Shown here piece after piece: positions 29,296 to 42,068 of a stretch of DNA of 64,000 nt; position 1 is the first letter of the stretch, and each line of letters begins with the position of its first letter. Below the pieces are notes generated by a model. It was not told the origin of the DNA. It ran no database searches and saw nothing but the letters and a program-made list of their open reading frames with translations. The stretch comes from Octopus vulgaris. Its lineage: Eukaryota. Where the stretch lies: NCBI GenBank assembly GCA_951406725.2, contig OX597830.1:10230001-10294000 (forward strand). Direction: 5' to 3'. A program made the translations under genes and the position numbers.

Positions 29296-29530
29296 TAAGG
29301 CGGTGAGCTGGCAAAACCGTTAGCAGGCCGGGCGAAATGCTTAGCGGTATTTCGTCTGCCGTTACGTTCTGAGTTCAAATTCCGCCGAGGTCGACTTTGC
29401 CTTTCATCCTTTCGGGGTCGATGAATTAAGTACCAGTTATGTACTGGAGTCGATGTAATCGACTTAATACCTATGTCTGTCCTTGTTTGTCCCCTCTGTG
29501 TTTAGCCCCTTGCGGGTAATAAAGAAATAC
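29296..29530 (+). mobile_element. SINE family C monomer with an apparent 14-bp TSD
   Basis: GTATGGTATGGTTA at 29284-29297 and 29531-29544. Confidence 0.9.
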
Positions 29531-30482
29531 GTATGGTATGGTTATGGTAATAACTTAAACTATGTAGAATTATGTATAAACGTTTCTGAAACTCTTTAGG
29601 TGAAGAATATTTCTCTCTTCAATTGAAATAAATGGAATTATAAACGTTCTCCTGTCTTGGGGCCTCTCGCACAGTAAATAACCCTCTTTTTTTTGTTTTG
29701 TTATTTTTATGTTGTTCTGCTCATTATGTCTGTCTGTGTGTTTATAACTGTCATTTTGTATATGTTTGTATGTATAGGTATTTATAAACACACACATATA
29801 TAAATATACATACATAGACACACACATACAAATATGTATATATACATATACGTATACAAATATATATATGAGTGTATATATATTTATATATATATATACA
29901 TATATAGACACATACATGTGCACACATATATGTATATACATGTATACATGGATACATATGTGTACAAAGAGGAAGGGAACACACACATATGCATATATAT
30001 ATATATATACATATATAGATATTGATATATATATATATATATTATATTTATTATTTTGAAACAAAAATATTTTTGACAATGACACACGCTCACACACACA
30101 CACGTATATATATATGCATATGCAAATACCAATATGTATGTATATATAAATGCGTGTGTTTATGTTGTTCCTATTTAGCCCTAGGTCAGACCTGATAGAG
30201 CAATCTTATAATTAAAAGAGTTCCATTATTTATGTAGACTTAACGTATTTATGACTACGCGTTAGAAGTGTGTCATTTCTATTCCCATCTATGACGGAAG
30301 AGCATCATTTGAGGAATATTTGGCTGTTATGTTTAGCAAAATAAATCATGTTGAGGCTCCCTCATTGGCTCGTATTTATTTAACACATTGAGGTGTCAAA
30401 CACTTTTCAGATTGCTCAAATTAGAATAAACTTTAAGACAGACATCTGTTAAGACATTATTAACTCTCCCATTCTCTCTGTC

Positions 30483-30533
<51 letters not shown>

Positions 30534-31139
30534 CTGTCTTTCTGTCTACATTTATCTTTTTCTCTCTCTATCCTTAACTAACTGTATGTGGGTGTGGGTG
30601 TGTGTGTGTGTGCACATATATAAATACATGCATATATAAATTAATACTCACACATATACATGTATGTATGTACATATCAAAAGAATGTGTTATAACGCTA
30701 TTCTGCAAATACAAAAACTGCCATACCAACAATCCAAGATACCCCCATCATCAGCTGCCCCACAGATATCATTATGGTTTCGACACCTTGGCACTACCAT
30801 TCAATCCGGTGGTGTCAACAGTACTAAAAGAAGTGTTGTATATATGTTACTTCCTTACGTTATCTCTACAGATTTTTCTAAAGTAATTATAACCAGTACT
30901 GGAAGTTATGACGTTTCGTATACGAATATATTTACGTAAAGGTAATACGAATATATTTGCGGTCAAAGGTCCATTAATACCTGATTATGCCTTTTCGTTT
31001 TTTTTTTCTCTTTTACTACGTTGACTTGTTTTGGTATTAATGTTGAATTGAACAAACAATCTTAAGAACAAGATTATTACAGCCACTTTAAGTAATGTTT
31101 AAGTAATGTGAGATCGATATTTTTGTAGGTGACAAATAT

Positions 31140-31705
31140 AGGTGACAAGAAGTAACACAGTTTCTAGCTCTTTAGACCGGAAAGGCCTAAACATCCAATG
31201 GAAATCCTGCTGGTCATGTCGACTGTACTTTCACTCCGGACGCCATGCTTGCGTTTATGTTGACTGTAACATCAAAGTGTCTGATATTATTTGATGCCAT
31301 GAGAGACTTTCCTAAAGAAAGAGAATATAACGATTATAGTATATCCTTTTATTCGTTTGTCTTCAAAGCGAATGAAAGATTTTTAGCATATTGTCAGAGA
31401 CTTTCAGCTTAATCTTTTTTTGTCTAGCAGCATATTTTTTTCCCCTGGTACACTGAATCACTTCTCATAAAACAGACTGGAGTTCTGAACAGTCACCTAG
31501 TTCGCTGATGCGTTTCTTGATTATTTTGCAATTATTTTCTATGATAGTTTATTAGGTTTGATGACGTTTTTATATCTTATAACGAAGAGAAGTAGGCCCT
31601 AAACGGTGCCTTGGAAGACGCCACGAAAGGATTCTGTGCGTGATAAGTGGTCCCAATCAGTCACAATACATTGGGCTCCTTTTACCAGGAACCTTTTCTG
31701 TAAAA
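31140..31705 (-). pseudogene. Old CR1-group LINE RT fragment
   Basis: RFLVKGAQCIV..GVFQGTV*GLLLF and MFRPFRSKELETVLLL align to [24 protein letters not shown] and [16 protein letters not shown] of the 23931 ORF. Confidence 0.7.
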
Positions 31706-31730
31706 CTCCAGTATGTATGTATATATATAT

Positions 31731-31761
<31 letters not shown>

Positions 31762-31880
31762 TGTATGTGTATGTATATGTGTATTAATATATATATATAT
31801 AAAATATTAAGTTATATCTTGAGTGACAACAACGCTCAAGATATACAACGGACTGAAAATAGAAGTGCTCTAATGAGCTG

Positions 31881-33050
31881 TATACACTTTTTTTTATCCG
31901 AGGGGAGGCAATGCGAACAACAACCACAGGAACATCACAAGATCCACAGATGGACCAAACACATACAAATCTTCATATACTCATTTTTATCTATAAAGCT
32001 CGACATTTAAAAATTTAGTAATATATAAATATATCATATAAAAATATAATTTTGCATATAACACCTTGAATTAACGCTTAAAACATTTAGTATAAATTTG
32101 TTACAATAAGAGAAATAAATATAATAATAATAAATAAAAATAAAGCATACAATGGCATATTAAAAGACGAATTAAAATTCTAGCGAAATGTATAGAGAAG
32201 ATAATAATAATACAAGTTTACAAAAATATAAGTTTACAAAGATACACAGAAGTCCATCTTCGGGCCGTTTCGGGGACGCGCCAATTAATATTAGACATAT
32301 CATATACTTAAAATTGGCACTCCCTTCAAGGACTTGAACCCGAATATGTGGCTTTGCATGTATGTGAGAATTTATAAGATTGAAATAAAATAAAATAGAA
32401 CAAAATAAGTACAGAATTGAAATGGTCCAGATGGCGCTGTGTGCATACAATTTACTATGGCTGATGGATCGAATTATATGCGTATAATATAGCATTCAGG
32501 ATCGGAGAAAAAATTCTGGGAGTACGTAATGTCTCGGTTCTGAATATGGCCGGTATGTGATTGTGTATTTGTTCACGTTTGTTATGTGTTGTATGTATAG
32601 GACATCCTGATGAGGAGAGTGTCAATTTTAAGTATATGATATGTCTAATATTAATTGGCGCGTCTCCGAAACGGCCCGTAGATGAACTTCTGTGTATCTT
32701 TGTAAACTTATATTTTTGTAAACTTGTATTATTATTATCTTCTCTATACATTTCGCTAGAATTTTAATTCGTCTTTTAATATGCTTTTGTATGCTTTATT
32801 TTTATTTATTATTATTATATTTATTTCTCTTATTGTAACAAATTTATACTAAATGTTTTAAGCGTTAATTCAAGGTGTTATACGCATAATTTATATTTTT
32901 ATATGATATATTTATATATTACTAAATTTTTAAATGTTGGGCTTTATAGATATAAATGAGTATATGAAGATTTGTATGTGGTTGGTCTACCTGTGGATTT
33001 TGTGATGTTCCTGTGGTTCGCATTGCCTTCTCTCGGATAAAAAGTATATA
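31881..33050. mobile_element. Large fold-back pLTR-like element, ~440-bp inverted arms
   Basis: 31881-32324 is the reverse complement of 32614-33050 at high identity; the ORF track shows the same peptide on opposite strands. Confidence 0.88.
32603..32684 (+). ncRNA. Type-I hammerhead ribozyme, intact core, extended stem II
   Basis: CAUC-CUGAUGA-GGAGA..UCAAUU...AAUUGG..UCUCC-GAA-ACG-GCC-CGU-A-GAUG; predicted cleavage after GUA at 32680. Confidence 0.85.
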
Positions 33051-33419
33051 CATACATATACATACATACATACGTATGTATGTATGTATGTATGTATGTA
33101 TGTATGTATGTATGTATGTATGTATGTATGTATGTATGTATGTATGTATGTATGTATGTATGTATGTATGTATGTATGTATGTATGTATGTATCCATCCA
33201 CCCACCCACCCACCCACTCACTCACTCACTCACTCACTCACTCACTCACTCACTCACTCACTCACTCACTCACTCACAAGGCTTTGGATTGCCCGAGGCT
33301 ATAGTATAAGAAGACACTTTCCCAAGCTGCTACACAGTGGGACTGAACTCGGATCCATGTGGCTGGGAAGCAAGCTTCTTATCTCACAACCACTCCTGCG
33401 CCTATACAGGTATTCAAAA

Positions 33420-33737
33420 CATATTCCGATGCGCATGCGCGCTCGTTAATGATAGTCTTTCGAGTCTGAGAAAGGCAGTTCTGCAATATCTTGCTGAACT
33501 ACCCCCACGGTAGATTTGTTGATATTGATTAAAAATCATTCGGCTATAGATTACCTCACTTCTGCCATCAAATCGATAGTTCCATTGGGGGAACCCCGGG
33601 TGCCACGCATCCGACCTCGAATTGATCGTAGGGCAACGTAAAATGAAGTGCGTTACTCGAGGACGCAATACGCAGTCTGGTCTGAAAAATCGAACCGACG
33701 ATTGCCCGATACTTGCCACTAGGCCGTGGGACTCATG
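33420..33737 (-). mobile_element. Old tRNA-derived SINE with a Meta-like body
   Basis: CGGCCTAGTGG and GGTTCGATT boxes; GTCCTCGAGTAACGCACTTCATTTTACGTTGC resembles the family D body. Confidence 0.5.
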
Positions 33738-33789
33738 TATGTGTATATATATACACATATACATACACTCATATACATACACTCATATA

Positions 33790-33823
<34 letters not shown>

Positions 33824-33998
33824 ATGGATAATAAAACGAATAAATTGGCGCACACGTGGTTGTACAGTAATAAGTAACATGGTTCCGGGTTAAGTATTCC
33901 ACTGCACAATACCTTGGGCAAGTTTTTCCTACTATAGCCTCGAGCCGACCGAAGCCTTGTGAGTGGATTTGGTAGACAGAAACTGAAAGAAGCCCGTC

Positions 33999-34046
<48 letters not shown>

Positions 34047-34143
34047 AGTGTGAAAAATTTAATATTAATTTGATTAATATCAATTTAAAACCAGTGGTCT
34101 AACATATTAAAATCTGAAGATTCAAAAAAATTATATTACATAC

Positions 34144-34336
34144 ATATAAGAGGGATGACCACTATGTGGACATCCATAATGCTGGTAGTAGATCCACTAA
34201 GAAAAGAATGTTCTCAAGTAAATTTAGCAAACGCTTTGCTAAATTTTCTTGACAACATTCTTTTCTTAGTGGTAAGACCATAGCGGATCTACTGCCAGCA
34301 TTATGGATGTCCACGTAGTGGTCATCCTTCTTATAT
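34144..34336. repeat. ~190-bp fold-back hairpin next to TA/TG microsatellite
   Basis: Arms pair around the loop CGC at ~34231, with an extra ~15-nt segment in the right arm. Confidence 0.88.
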
Positions 34337-34344
34337 ATATATAT

Positions 34345-34385
<41 letters not shown>

Positions 34386-34587
34386 CTATGTATGTATGTT
34401 TTTGTATCTACGTTTGATCCCCTGTAGCGGCAAAAGAACCCGATAGAATAAGTATTAGGTTTGAAAAAAGAAAAAATTCCTGAACTCGATTGATTTGTTC
34501 GTCTGAAGCCTTTCGAGGCAGTGCTCCTCCCCGGCTGCAGCCAAATGACTGAAACAAACAAAGGAATAAAAGAATAAAATGATATAT

Positions 34588-34863
34588 GCCCGTGAAATTA
34601 AATGCAAGTGGCTGAGTACTCCACAGACACACGTATCCTTAACGTAATTCTCAGGGAGATTCAGAGTAGGACAGGACATGACAAGGTTGGCCTTTTGTAT
34701 TACAGGTTGAAATCATTTTTGCCAGGTCAATAGACCGGTGTCCAGTTTCCCAGGACATACAGCTGGCAACGGGAAATAAAGTGCCTTGCTCAAGGGTACA
34801 GCGCGCCGCTAGGAACTGAACTTACGATCGTAGGCCGAATATATCAACTACTAGGCCACGCGT
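34588..34863 (-). mobile_element. SINE family D, degraded
   Basis: Collinear with 16390-16655. Confidence 0.75.
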
Positions 34864-34865
34864 TG

Positions 34866-35260
34866 TCACGCAGTGTGGTAACGAGCTTGCGTCCGTCGCA
34901 AACACATGGTTCCGGTTTCAGTCCCACTGCGTGGCACCTTGCGCAAGTACCTTCTACTATATAGCCTCGGTCTGACGAAAGCCTTGTGAATGGATTTAGT
35001 AAACGGAAACTGAAAGAAGCCTGTTGTGTGTGTGTTTATCTTTGTGTTCGCGTTTTTTTCCCAGCTACCATCGCTTGACAAACGATATTGCTGTATTTAT
35101 GCCTCCGTAACCCGTAACTTAGTGGTTCGGCCAAAGTGACCGATAGAATAAGTACTAGACTTACGAAGAATAAATCGTGGGGTCGATTTCATCGACTAAA
35201 AACCTTTTAAGGCGGTGCTCCAGCATGGCCGCAGTCAGATGACTGAAACTAGTAAAATTA
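34866..35260 (+). mobile_element. SINE family B, near full length
   Basis: Collinear with 58769-59168. Confidence 0.88.
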
Positions 35261-35343
35261 TAAAACAATGTGTGTGTGTGTATGTATGTAGATGTATATA
35301 TATATATATATAAAGAAAAAAAGCAACAAGAATGGATTAGTTG

Positions 35344-35432
35344 TTCAGTACAATTGTTTCATACGAAGAACAGCTTTATTAAAAGCTGCAAATATTGCAG
35401 CAAATACAAGTGTCCCGTATTCATCAGCCAAA
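35344..35432 (-). ncRNA. Type-I hammerhead ribozyme, intact core, extended stem II (relative of 27392-27477)
   Basis: UUUGG-CUGAUGA-AUACG...GCUGCAA/UAU/UUGCAGC...CGUAU-GAAAC-AAUU-GUA-CUGAA. Confidence 0.8.
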
Positions 35433-35949
35433 ACACAAATGAGTTTTCTAAACATCCTGGGCGGGGGGGTGAGGCTACACTCATGAAGTATCGAAGACAG
35501 TTCTATGAAAAGCAAAGTTAGATTGTAAGCAGACTTCAAATGTTCTCTAATGATGCACAGTTTTATAAAAGGTTTTTAAAAAAGTTTGTTAGCTTCACAG
35601 AAAAGGTAAATGTTTTACGAAAATATATATATATATATATATATACGCACAGACACACACACGCACGCACATACACATGCACACACTGTCCCACACCCGT
35701 CCCATACATATTTACTTAATGTTTTGACTCTGTGCCGTTTGTCAGCAACACAAAGTCAGTCTGTCTGTTTACACGTTTAAGTGAATATTATAAATATTTA
35801 TTAGTCCCGCTGTAGAGACTCGTTGACAGCTTTAACTCTGTGTGGCGGAACCCTATCGCATCCAATATCCTATATCTGTCATATTATCACTTCCTTTATA
35901 TTTCGGGGGTTTTTAATCTCTTTTCCATCTTCCTTACCAAGTTATCAAT

Positions 35950-36034
35950 AGCAGCAGCAGCACCGGCAGCAGCACCGGCAGCAGCACCAGCAGCAGCACC
36001 GGCAGCAGCACCGGCAGCAGCACCGGCAGCAGCA
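35950..36034. repeat. 12-bp tandem repeat (GCAGCAGCACCG) x ~6-7
   Basis: Direct reading. Confidence 0.9.
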
Positions 36035-36912
36035 CAATCAACCTCGTTCTCATCGTCATCATCCTCTTCGTTTTTCATCGTCCTCATCGTCGTCGTCGTT
36101 GTCTTCGATCTCGTCCTGCTCCTTCTTCCTCTCCTTCTTCCTCTCCTCATCCTCATCCTCCTCTCTCCTCCTCCCCCTACTCCGCTTTCTCCTCCTCATC
36201 TCTCCATCACCTTCTTCGTCAGCTTCTCCATCTCTTCCTAACCCCTCCTCTTTATCATCTTCCTCATCTTCCACCTTCTTCTCCTCCTCTACCTCCTTTC
36301 TCACCTACGTCCGCACCGCCTTCCCCTCCTCCTCCTCCTTTCCCCCGCGTCCCCTCCTTGTCGTCATCATCCTCATCGTCGACGTTGTCCTCTTCCTCCT
36401 CCTCTTTCTCCAGCACCTTCTTCATCCGCTCCTCTTTCTCTTCTTGTCCTCTCCTTCATCATCATCATCATCATCGGCATTTTCATCCTCAGCGTCAACA
36501 TTATCACTATTGTCCACATCAAAAATGTGTAATAAATGACCCCTTTTTTTTATATACAATAGGCACAGGGTCAGAGAATATATTGTTGGCTGTGAGGAGT
36601 GGGTCGAGAAGCTGGTCAATTTCAGTGACCCCATTACTTGACCGGCACATATCTTTATCGATCCTGAACCGTATGAAAGACAAAATCGACCGCAGCACAA
36701 CGTGAAATGTGAATGTAAATCCAAAAAAAATGCTGCTGGGCATTTTATCCGGCACGGTACCGATTCTAGCAGCTTGCCGCCTGAAACAAAGTAATAAATA
36801 ATGGTTTCCATTTTTGGCACAGGGCCAGCAACTTTTGAGGAGAAGTGGAGATCGATTACATCGACCCCCAGGACTTGATTGGTACTGATTTTATTGATCC
36901 TGAAAAGGCTGA

Positions 36913-36948
<36 letters not shown>

Positions 36949-36955
36949 GTTATTG

Positions 36956-36992
<37 letters not shown>

Positions 36993-37001
36993 CATCATCA
37001 T

Positions 37002-37218
37002 TAAAGGCCGCGGGCTGGCAGAATCGTTCGCACGAAGGACGAAATGCTTTGCGGTATTTCGCCCGTCGCTAAGTTCAAATTCCGCCAAAGTCGACTTTGC
37101 CTTTCATCCTTTAGGGGTCGATAAATTATGTACCAGTTACGCACTTGAATCGATGTAATCGACATAATCCCTCCCACCACCACCAAGTTGCCCTTGTGGC
37201 AAAATTTGAAATAACCAA
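37002..37218 (+). mobile_element. SINE family C
   Basis: Head plus GTCGACTTTGCCTTTCATCC core. Confidence 0.8.
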
Positions 37219-37309
37219 TCGTTTTCCATCTCAGAACGTTCGGTATTGTTTGTTTTGGTAGATTCTGTGACAGCGGACAGCAGCCTGCTGTCAGAGGTCT
37301 CACTTTCCA

Positions 37310-37591
37310 CACATTATAAACTTTGATACTTGGTTGTTAATTATCGTGGGAGACATTCAGCATCCAAGTACCAATCTCAAAATTCTAGCTGTCCCCAGCG
37401 GGGCAGTTTTGGGGGCTTGCTCTGCTCTCATATCGATTCCGATTTCTTTGACATATTTCTCGAACTTGGTTGTTAATGCTCCGAGGGGCCCTACAACTAC
37501 TGGAATGACAGACACTCTCCCCATAGTCCACATCCTTTGCAATTTCATCGTTTAATAGTCTGCGCTTTTCCATCTTTTCTAGTTCTTTGTC

Positions 37592-37592
<1 letters not shown>
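37310..37592 (-). mobile_element. R4/Dong-like RLE retrotransposon 3' fragment
   Basis: RMWTMGRVSVIPVVVGPLGA...KTAPLGTARILRLVL*; abuts (TTA)n. Confidence 0.8.
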
Positions 37593-37639
<47 letters not shown>

Positions 37640-37689
37640 TAAAACTCAGAGATTATTTTGCTGGGTGTGATGGAAAGTGTCAACTGTCC

Positions 37690-38160
37690 TTAGCCAGCAG
37701 ACTAAGGTGACACTTGTTTATGGTCATGCTTCAAGAACCCTGCGAAGGATTCTTGCAACTCCAAGCAATGCTGACTTTCATAGGTGTTTCTACCTTCACC
37801 CTTGCACCAATCTTTTTCAGCCATGTTGATAGTTGAGTGCTGATACTTCCAAGTGCACCAATTGGTATCACGTCTACTCCCTTCATTGACCACAACCTTC
37901 GTATTTCTCACTTCAAATCGTCATAGTTGTTTATTTTTCCTTCTTTCACATTGATCCTGTTCTCACCGGGGCATGCTATGTCGATTATCATACATGTTCT
38001 TTCTTTTCTATTCACCACAGCAGTGTCCTGTTTCATACGTCTGGTCGGGTGATCGAACTGGATCATTGCATCCCACAGGATCTTGCAATTCTCATTCTCG
38101 GTAACTCCTTCTGGGATCTTCTCATACCACATATTTGCTCTTTGTAGCCTGTGATTTCTA
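37690..38160 (-). mobile_element. R4/Dong-like RLE retrotransposon fragment (restriction-like endonuclease domain)
   Basis: WYEKIPEGVTENENCKILWD..IQFD..CMIIDIACPGE..KINNYDDLK then EIRRLWSM..VIPIGALG; lies between (TTA)n tracts. Confidence 0.85.
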
Positions 38161-38199
38161 CAGCTCCCAGTGGATCGTTCTTGCCTCACTGTCATAGCG

Positions 38200-38232
<33 letters not shown>

Positions 38233-38273
38233 GTTATTATTGTTATTATTATTATTATTGTTATTATTATTTG

Positions 38274-38435
38274 CTAAGGCGGAGGTATTGTTTTCAGTCG
38301 TATTTGTTCGTTTGTCCGTGGATATCTCAAGAACCGCTGGATGGATTCAGATGAGACTTTCAGGGATGTTTCACCTCGTGACTGGCACGAACTGATTAGA
38401 TTTTGGGATCGATCCAGTACCGGACAAGGATTCTG
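38274..38435 (+). mobile_element. Fragment resembling a non-autonomous Helentron/HINE-type element
   Basis: GGCGGAGGTATTGTTTTC..GTTTGTCCGT..ATCTCAAGAACCGCTGGATGGATT..GATTAGATTTTGGGATCGATCC pattern; termini not seen. Confidence 0.45.
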
Positions 38436-38644
38436 TTCGTTTATTATTATTATTTTTGTTTTCTATTATTATTAATGCAGCGAGCCGGCAGAAATGCAGC
38501 ATTTCGTCCGTCATAACGTACTAAGTTCAAATTCATCCAAAGTCGACTTTGCCTTTCATCCTCTTTCAGGGTCGATGAAATAAGTACCATTTACGTACTG
38601 AGGTCGATATTATAGGCGTTGTGCCTATAGGAGAAAGTATTATT

Positions 38645-38885
38645 ACTGATTTGACTCAGGTTCGGTCTTATCCCTGCTAGGATTTATCTGGGAAGTGGGT
38701 TACTACCTGTAACCTTAGTTATTCACTAGCTTTCAATAGGCTTTGAAGTGCTTAGGACCCTCCTGATAATCTTTTCTGTCCATAAGGGTCAAACTTTCTG
38801 TAGAAGCTCTACAGGACATTGTATTCCAGTCTCCTTCAACCATTTGTCTATTTATTTGCTTACAATTCCCAATGCACCAATTTTA
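38645..38885 (-). mobile_element. R4/Dong-like 3' fragment
   Basis: IGALGIVSK*IDKWLKETGI..EKIIRRVL. Confidence 0.65.
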
Positions 38886-39934
38886 CTGCTTTCATATTCC
38901 AAATTCTTGCAATTTCATAGGATAACTGGGCCATGGTCTGTACAGATTCTCTCAGACCGGTCAAATTGATTCCATTAGTATCCCGTTTCCCTCGATGGCA
39001 ACAAGGAGTCCTGTCTTCGACAGCAGAAGTAATTGGCCATCGTGACTATCGTGGGGCCTGTTGGGGCTACGATATAGGTGACGAGAGGTAAGGACACATG
39101 CGGTTCAGAATACTGGAATGGGAATCGACGTCTCCAAGAATTTGTTTAGTTCTCGGTCGAAGACCAGAGAGGAATCTGCAGCATTTTGTTCTGCATCCAA
39201 GGCGCTCAAGATGGCATGTAGAGGTGCTAAATATGGCGATGGATCAAATCTACCTCTTAAATACGTCATAGGAGGGTTAGAACTCAAAACGCGAAGAGTC
39301 AGAGCAAGACACCGACTGTTCTACTTGTTCACTTCACGTGACTGGTATTTCATTTACTGGCCCCGGAAGTACGAAAGAAGTAGATTTTGGTGATATTTGA
39401 ATTCAAAACTTTCAAGGTACCAAAATAAATACAGAAAATTACAGTATTTGTTTTAACGACTATGCCTTTTCGATGTTGAGTGCGATTTCACAGAGATTTG
39501 GCTGTTATTTCTAGCCAGTAAAATGAGCATTAAAGGCATCTCTGCTTTGTTTGGCATTGGTTTTGGCAGGGAATTGGGTCAAGGTTATACCAAAAGTCTA
39601 CAGATGTTGGGAGTAGAACAGAGAAATTCCATCTTGTATTTTCCTTCTGTGAATACTTAGAGCTTAACCTATTTAATTCCTGGAATATAAATCTTTGAGA
39701 AGAAAATAAATAAATAAAAAAAGAAGAGGGGAAAAAACAAAAGAAGTGAAAAGAATATTTGAAAGGGATATCATTGGCGGAAATAAACTAGAGAACGAGA
39801 AATATGTGGTACGGGGAGAAAAATATCCAGAAGGTGGTTTCTGAGTAAAGCTGAGATTAAAATTGTGAATGAGGCCGTACTTTAGAAAGAGTTTTTCAGT
39901 TAGTTATTTGGATTCCGATTTTGGTACAGGACCA

Positions 39935-40342
39935 AGCCGATGACATCGACCCCAGTACTCAGTTAGTAATTATTTTATCGACCCCGAAAGGATGACAAGA
40001 AAAATCGACTTCAGCTGAAATTGAACTCATAACGTAAAGACGGACGAAATGTCGCTAAGCATTTTGCCTGGCGTGTTAACGACTCTGCCAGCTCGCCGCC
40101 TTAATGATACTGCTACTAATGATAATGCTTTCAAATTTTTGGCACAATGCCAGCAATTCCGGGAAGGAGTTCAGTCTATTACATCGATCCCAGAGAGCAC
40201 AACTGATATTTATGTTATCGACCTCGAAAGGATGAAAGGCAAAGTCGACCTCGGCGAAATTTGAACTCAGAACGTAAAGACGGACGAAATGCTGCTAAGT
40301 GTTTTGCCCGGCGTGCTAACGATTTTGCTAAGTCGCCGCCCT
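39935..40342 (-). mobile_element. Two tandem SINE family C copies
   Basis: Heads end at ~40103 and ~40342. Confidence 0.85.
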
Positions 40343-40657
40343 ATAAGTTTAGATATTTGATGAAGACGAAGAGAAGCAGCGTCAAAGTAAATCGTTGCAA
40401 TTTCGAATGAAGATCAGGGAAGATGCAAGGCCTTAGGTTTAAGGGGAGAATGAAAATGTTTGTTGAAGCGAAAAGACAAATGTAGTTATTTTAACTTTTG
40501 GAATGAAAAAAGAATATCTGTATGTTTCGATCAAAATTTATTTTAGAAAATTCCGCCAAGCAAAATGCTCAGTGGAATTTAGCCTGTCTTATATATTCTG
40601 CCGCCGAGGTGGACTTTTATCCCTCTGAGGTGAATGAAATGGTTCATTGATTTAGCT

Positions 40658-40730
40658 CAGGGGTTCCCAACCGGGTTCCACAGAAGCTTTAAGGAGGTCC
40701 ACGAGTAAAAAATTGTAATTTGTGGGTCCA
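40658..40730. mobile_element. hAT-like MITE end fragment
   Basis: CAGGGGTTCCCAACC terminus and GGTCCA subterminal motifs; the other end was not found. Confidence 0.4.
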
Positions 40731-41850
40731 TATATAAATTTTGCTTACTAGGAGGGGTACCTGTGTTTATTGAAATTTTCAAGATTTGTATTTGGAAATT
40801 ATGGGATCTTTTCAATCTGACCGACAGATTTTTTAATAAATTTTTTTAACTAAACACTTTGAAACTCGGATACTGGTAGAATGTGTCACATAGAACAGGG
40901 TCTATTCTTAATGTTTTTGACAAAATTTTGTTTTAGAAAGTATTTCGTGTTAAAGTTGTCGTATTTGGGTAATTTTAACTAATCAATGACGTGTATTCAG
41001 CTGAAGAAAATTACTGCTGCTGTTTGCGAACAACTTCCGGGTTCACTCCCCTAACGAAACCCTTTTTTAATAACCAGAGATGTTTTTTTTTATAGCAACA
41101 TAGGTTTGCTGTATCAGGGTTGATTCGAGGCTAATTAACAAAATTATTACTAAGACAGACCAACGACGGAGCCTCTATGTGGTTGCATGACCTGCTAGAA
41201 AAAGTAGCCAAACTTTTTTATATACAGTATAGAAAAACTTCTATATACACGTAGAGTCCATTATGTCTGGGTAGAAAGACAGAATGGTCACAGTTGGGAC
41301 GTCTTTGATCATATCTGTTCAATCAGATCCAACTCGGAGATAAACAACGAATGACGAAGGGAACGAGACAAGGCAACGGGAGAGCCTTTACGGGAATCGA
41401 ACTCACAACCTCATGATTATGAGCCCGTGGCACTAAGCACTGAGCCATAAACCTCAGACTATCTACCCGTACATCGACGCCGCTGTGGGCGTTAGAGTTA
41501 TAAAATTGCCAAATGTTACGTAAGCTTGTGATATTAGTTCGACGGTGTCCTCTTGTGGTTTCGGAATCGGTGACAGAACGACTCCTGTTTCAGTTATATT
41601 ATTTCACGATTCGATAAACATGAGTGGATATTAAAGACTCGAGAAAGTATCCAAGTTATTGAGATAATGTGTTGACTTCTTCGGATAATATAGCCTGATT
41701 TTTCCCCACTTCTATATAAGCAGAAGCTCAGATTTGGCGGCAAAATTGCTGTAGCTGGGAGTCGAAACCGTATCACCACGATGACGAGAAAGGGACTTAT
41801 CATTTGCTCTTCAGGGCTGGTCATATTTGTGGCAGAATATTGTTGGACAT

Positions 41851-42068
41851 TAAGGCGGCGAGCTGGCAGAAACGTTAGCACGCCGGGCGAAATGCTTAGC
41901 AGTATTTCGTCAGTCTTTGTGTTCTGAGTTCAAATTCCGCCGAGGTCGACTTTGCCTTTCATTCTTTCGCAGTCGATAAATTAAGTACCAGTTGTATACT
42001 GGGGTCGATGTAATCGGCTTGCTGCCTCCCCCAAAATTTCGGGCCTTGTGCCTAGAGCAGGAAAGAAT
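41851..42068 (+). mobile_element. SINE family C, young monomer
   Basis: Near-consensus head, core and CCCCAAAATT..CTAG tail. Confidence 0.9.

Noticed and set aside
35840-36241. AAAP-repeat ORF
   Set aside because: 12-bp tandem repeat within low-complexity DNA
38935-39250. Possible LINE 3' fragment (VFDRELNKFL)
   Set aside because: One short motif only; clade cannot be supported
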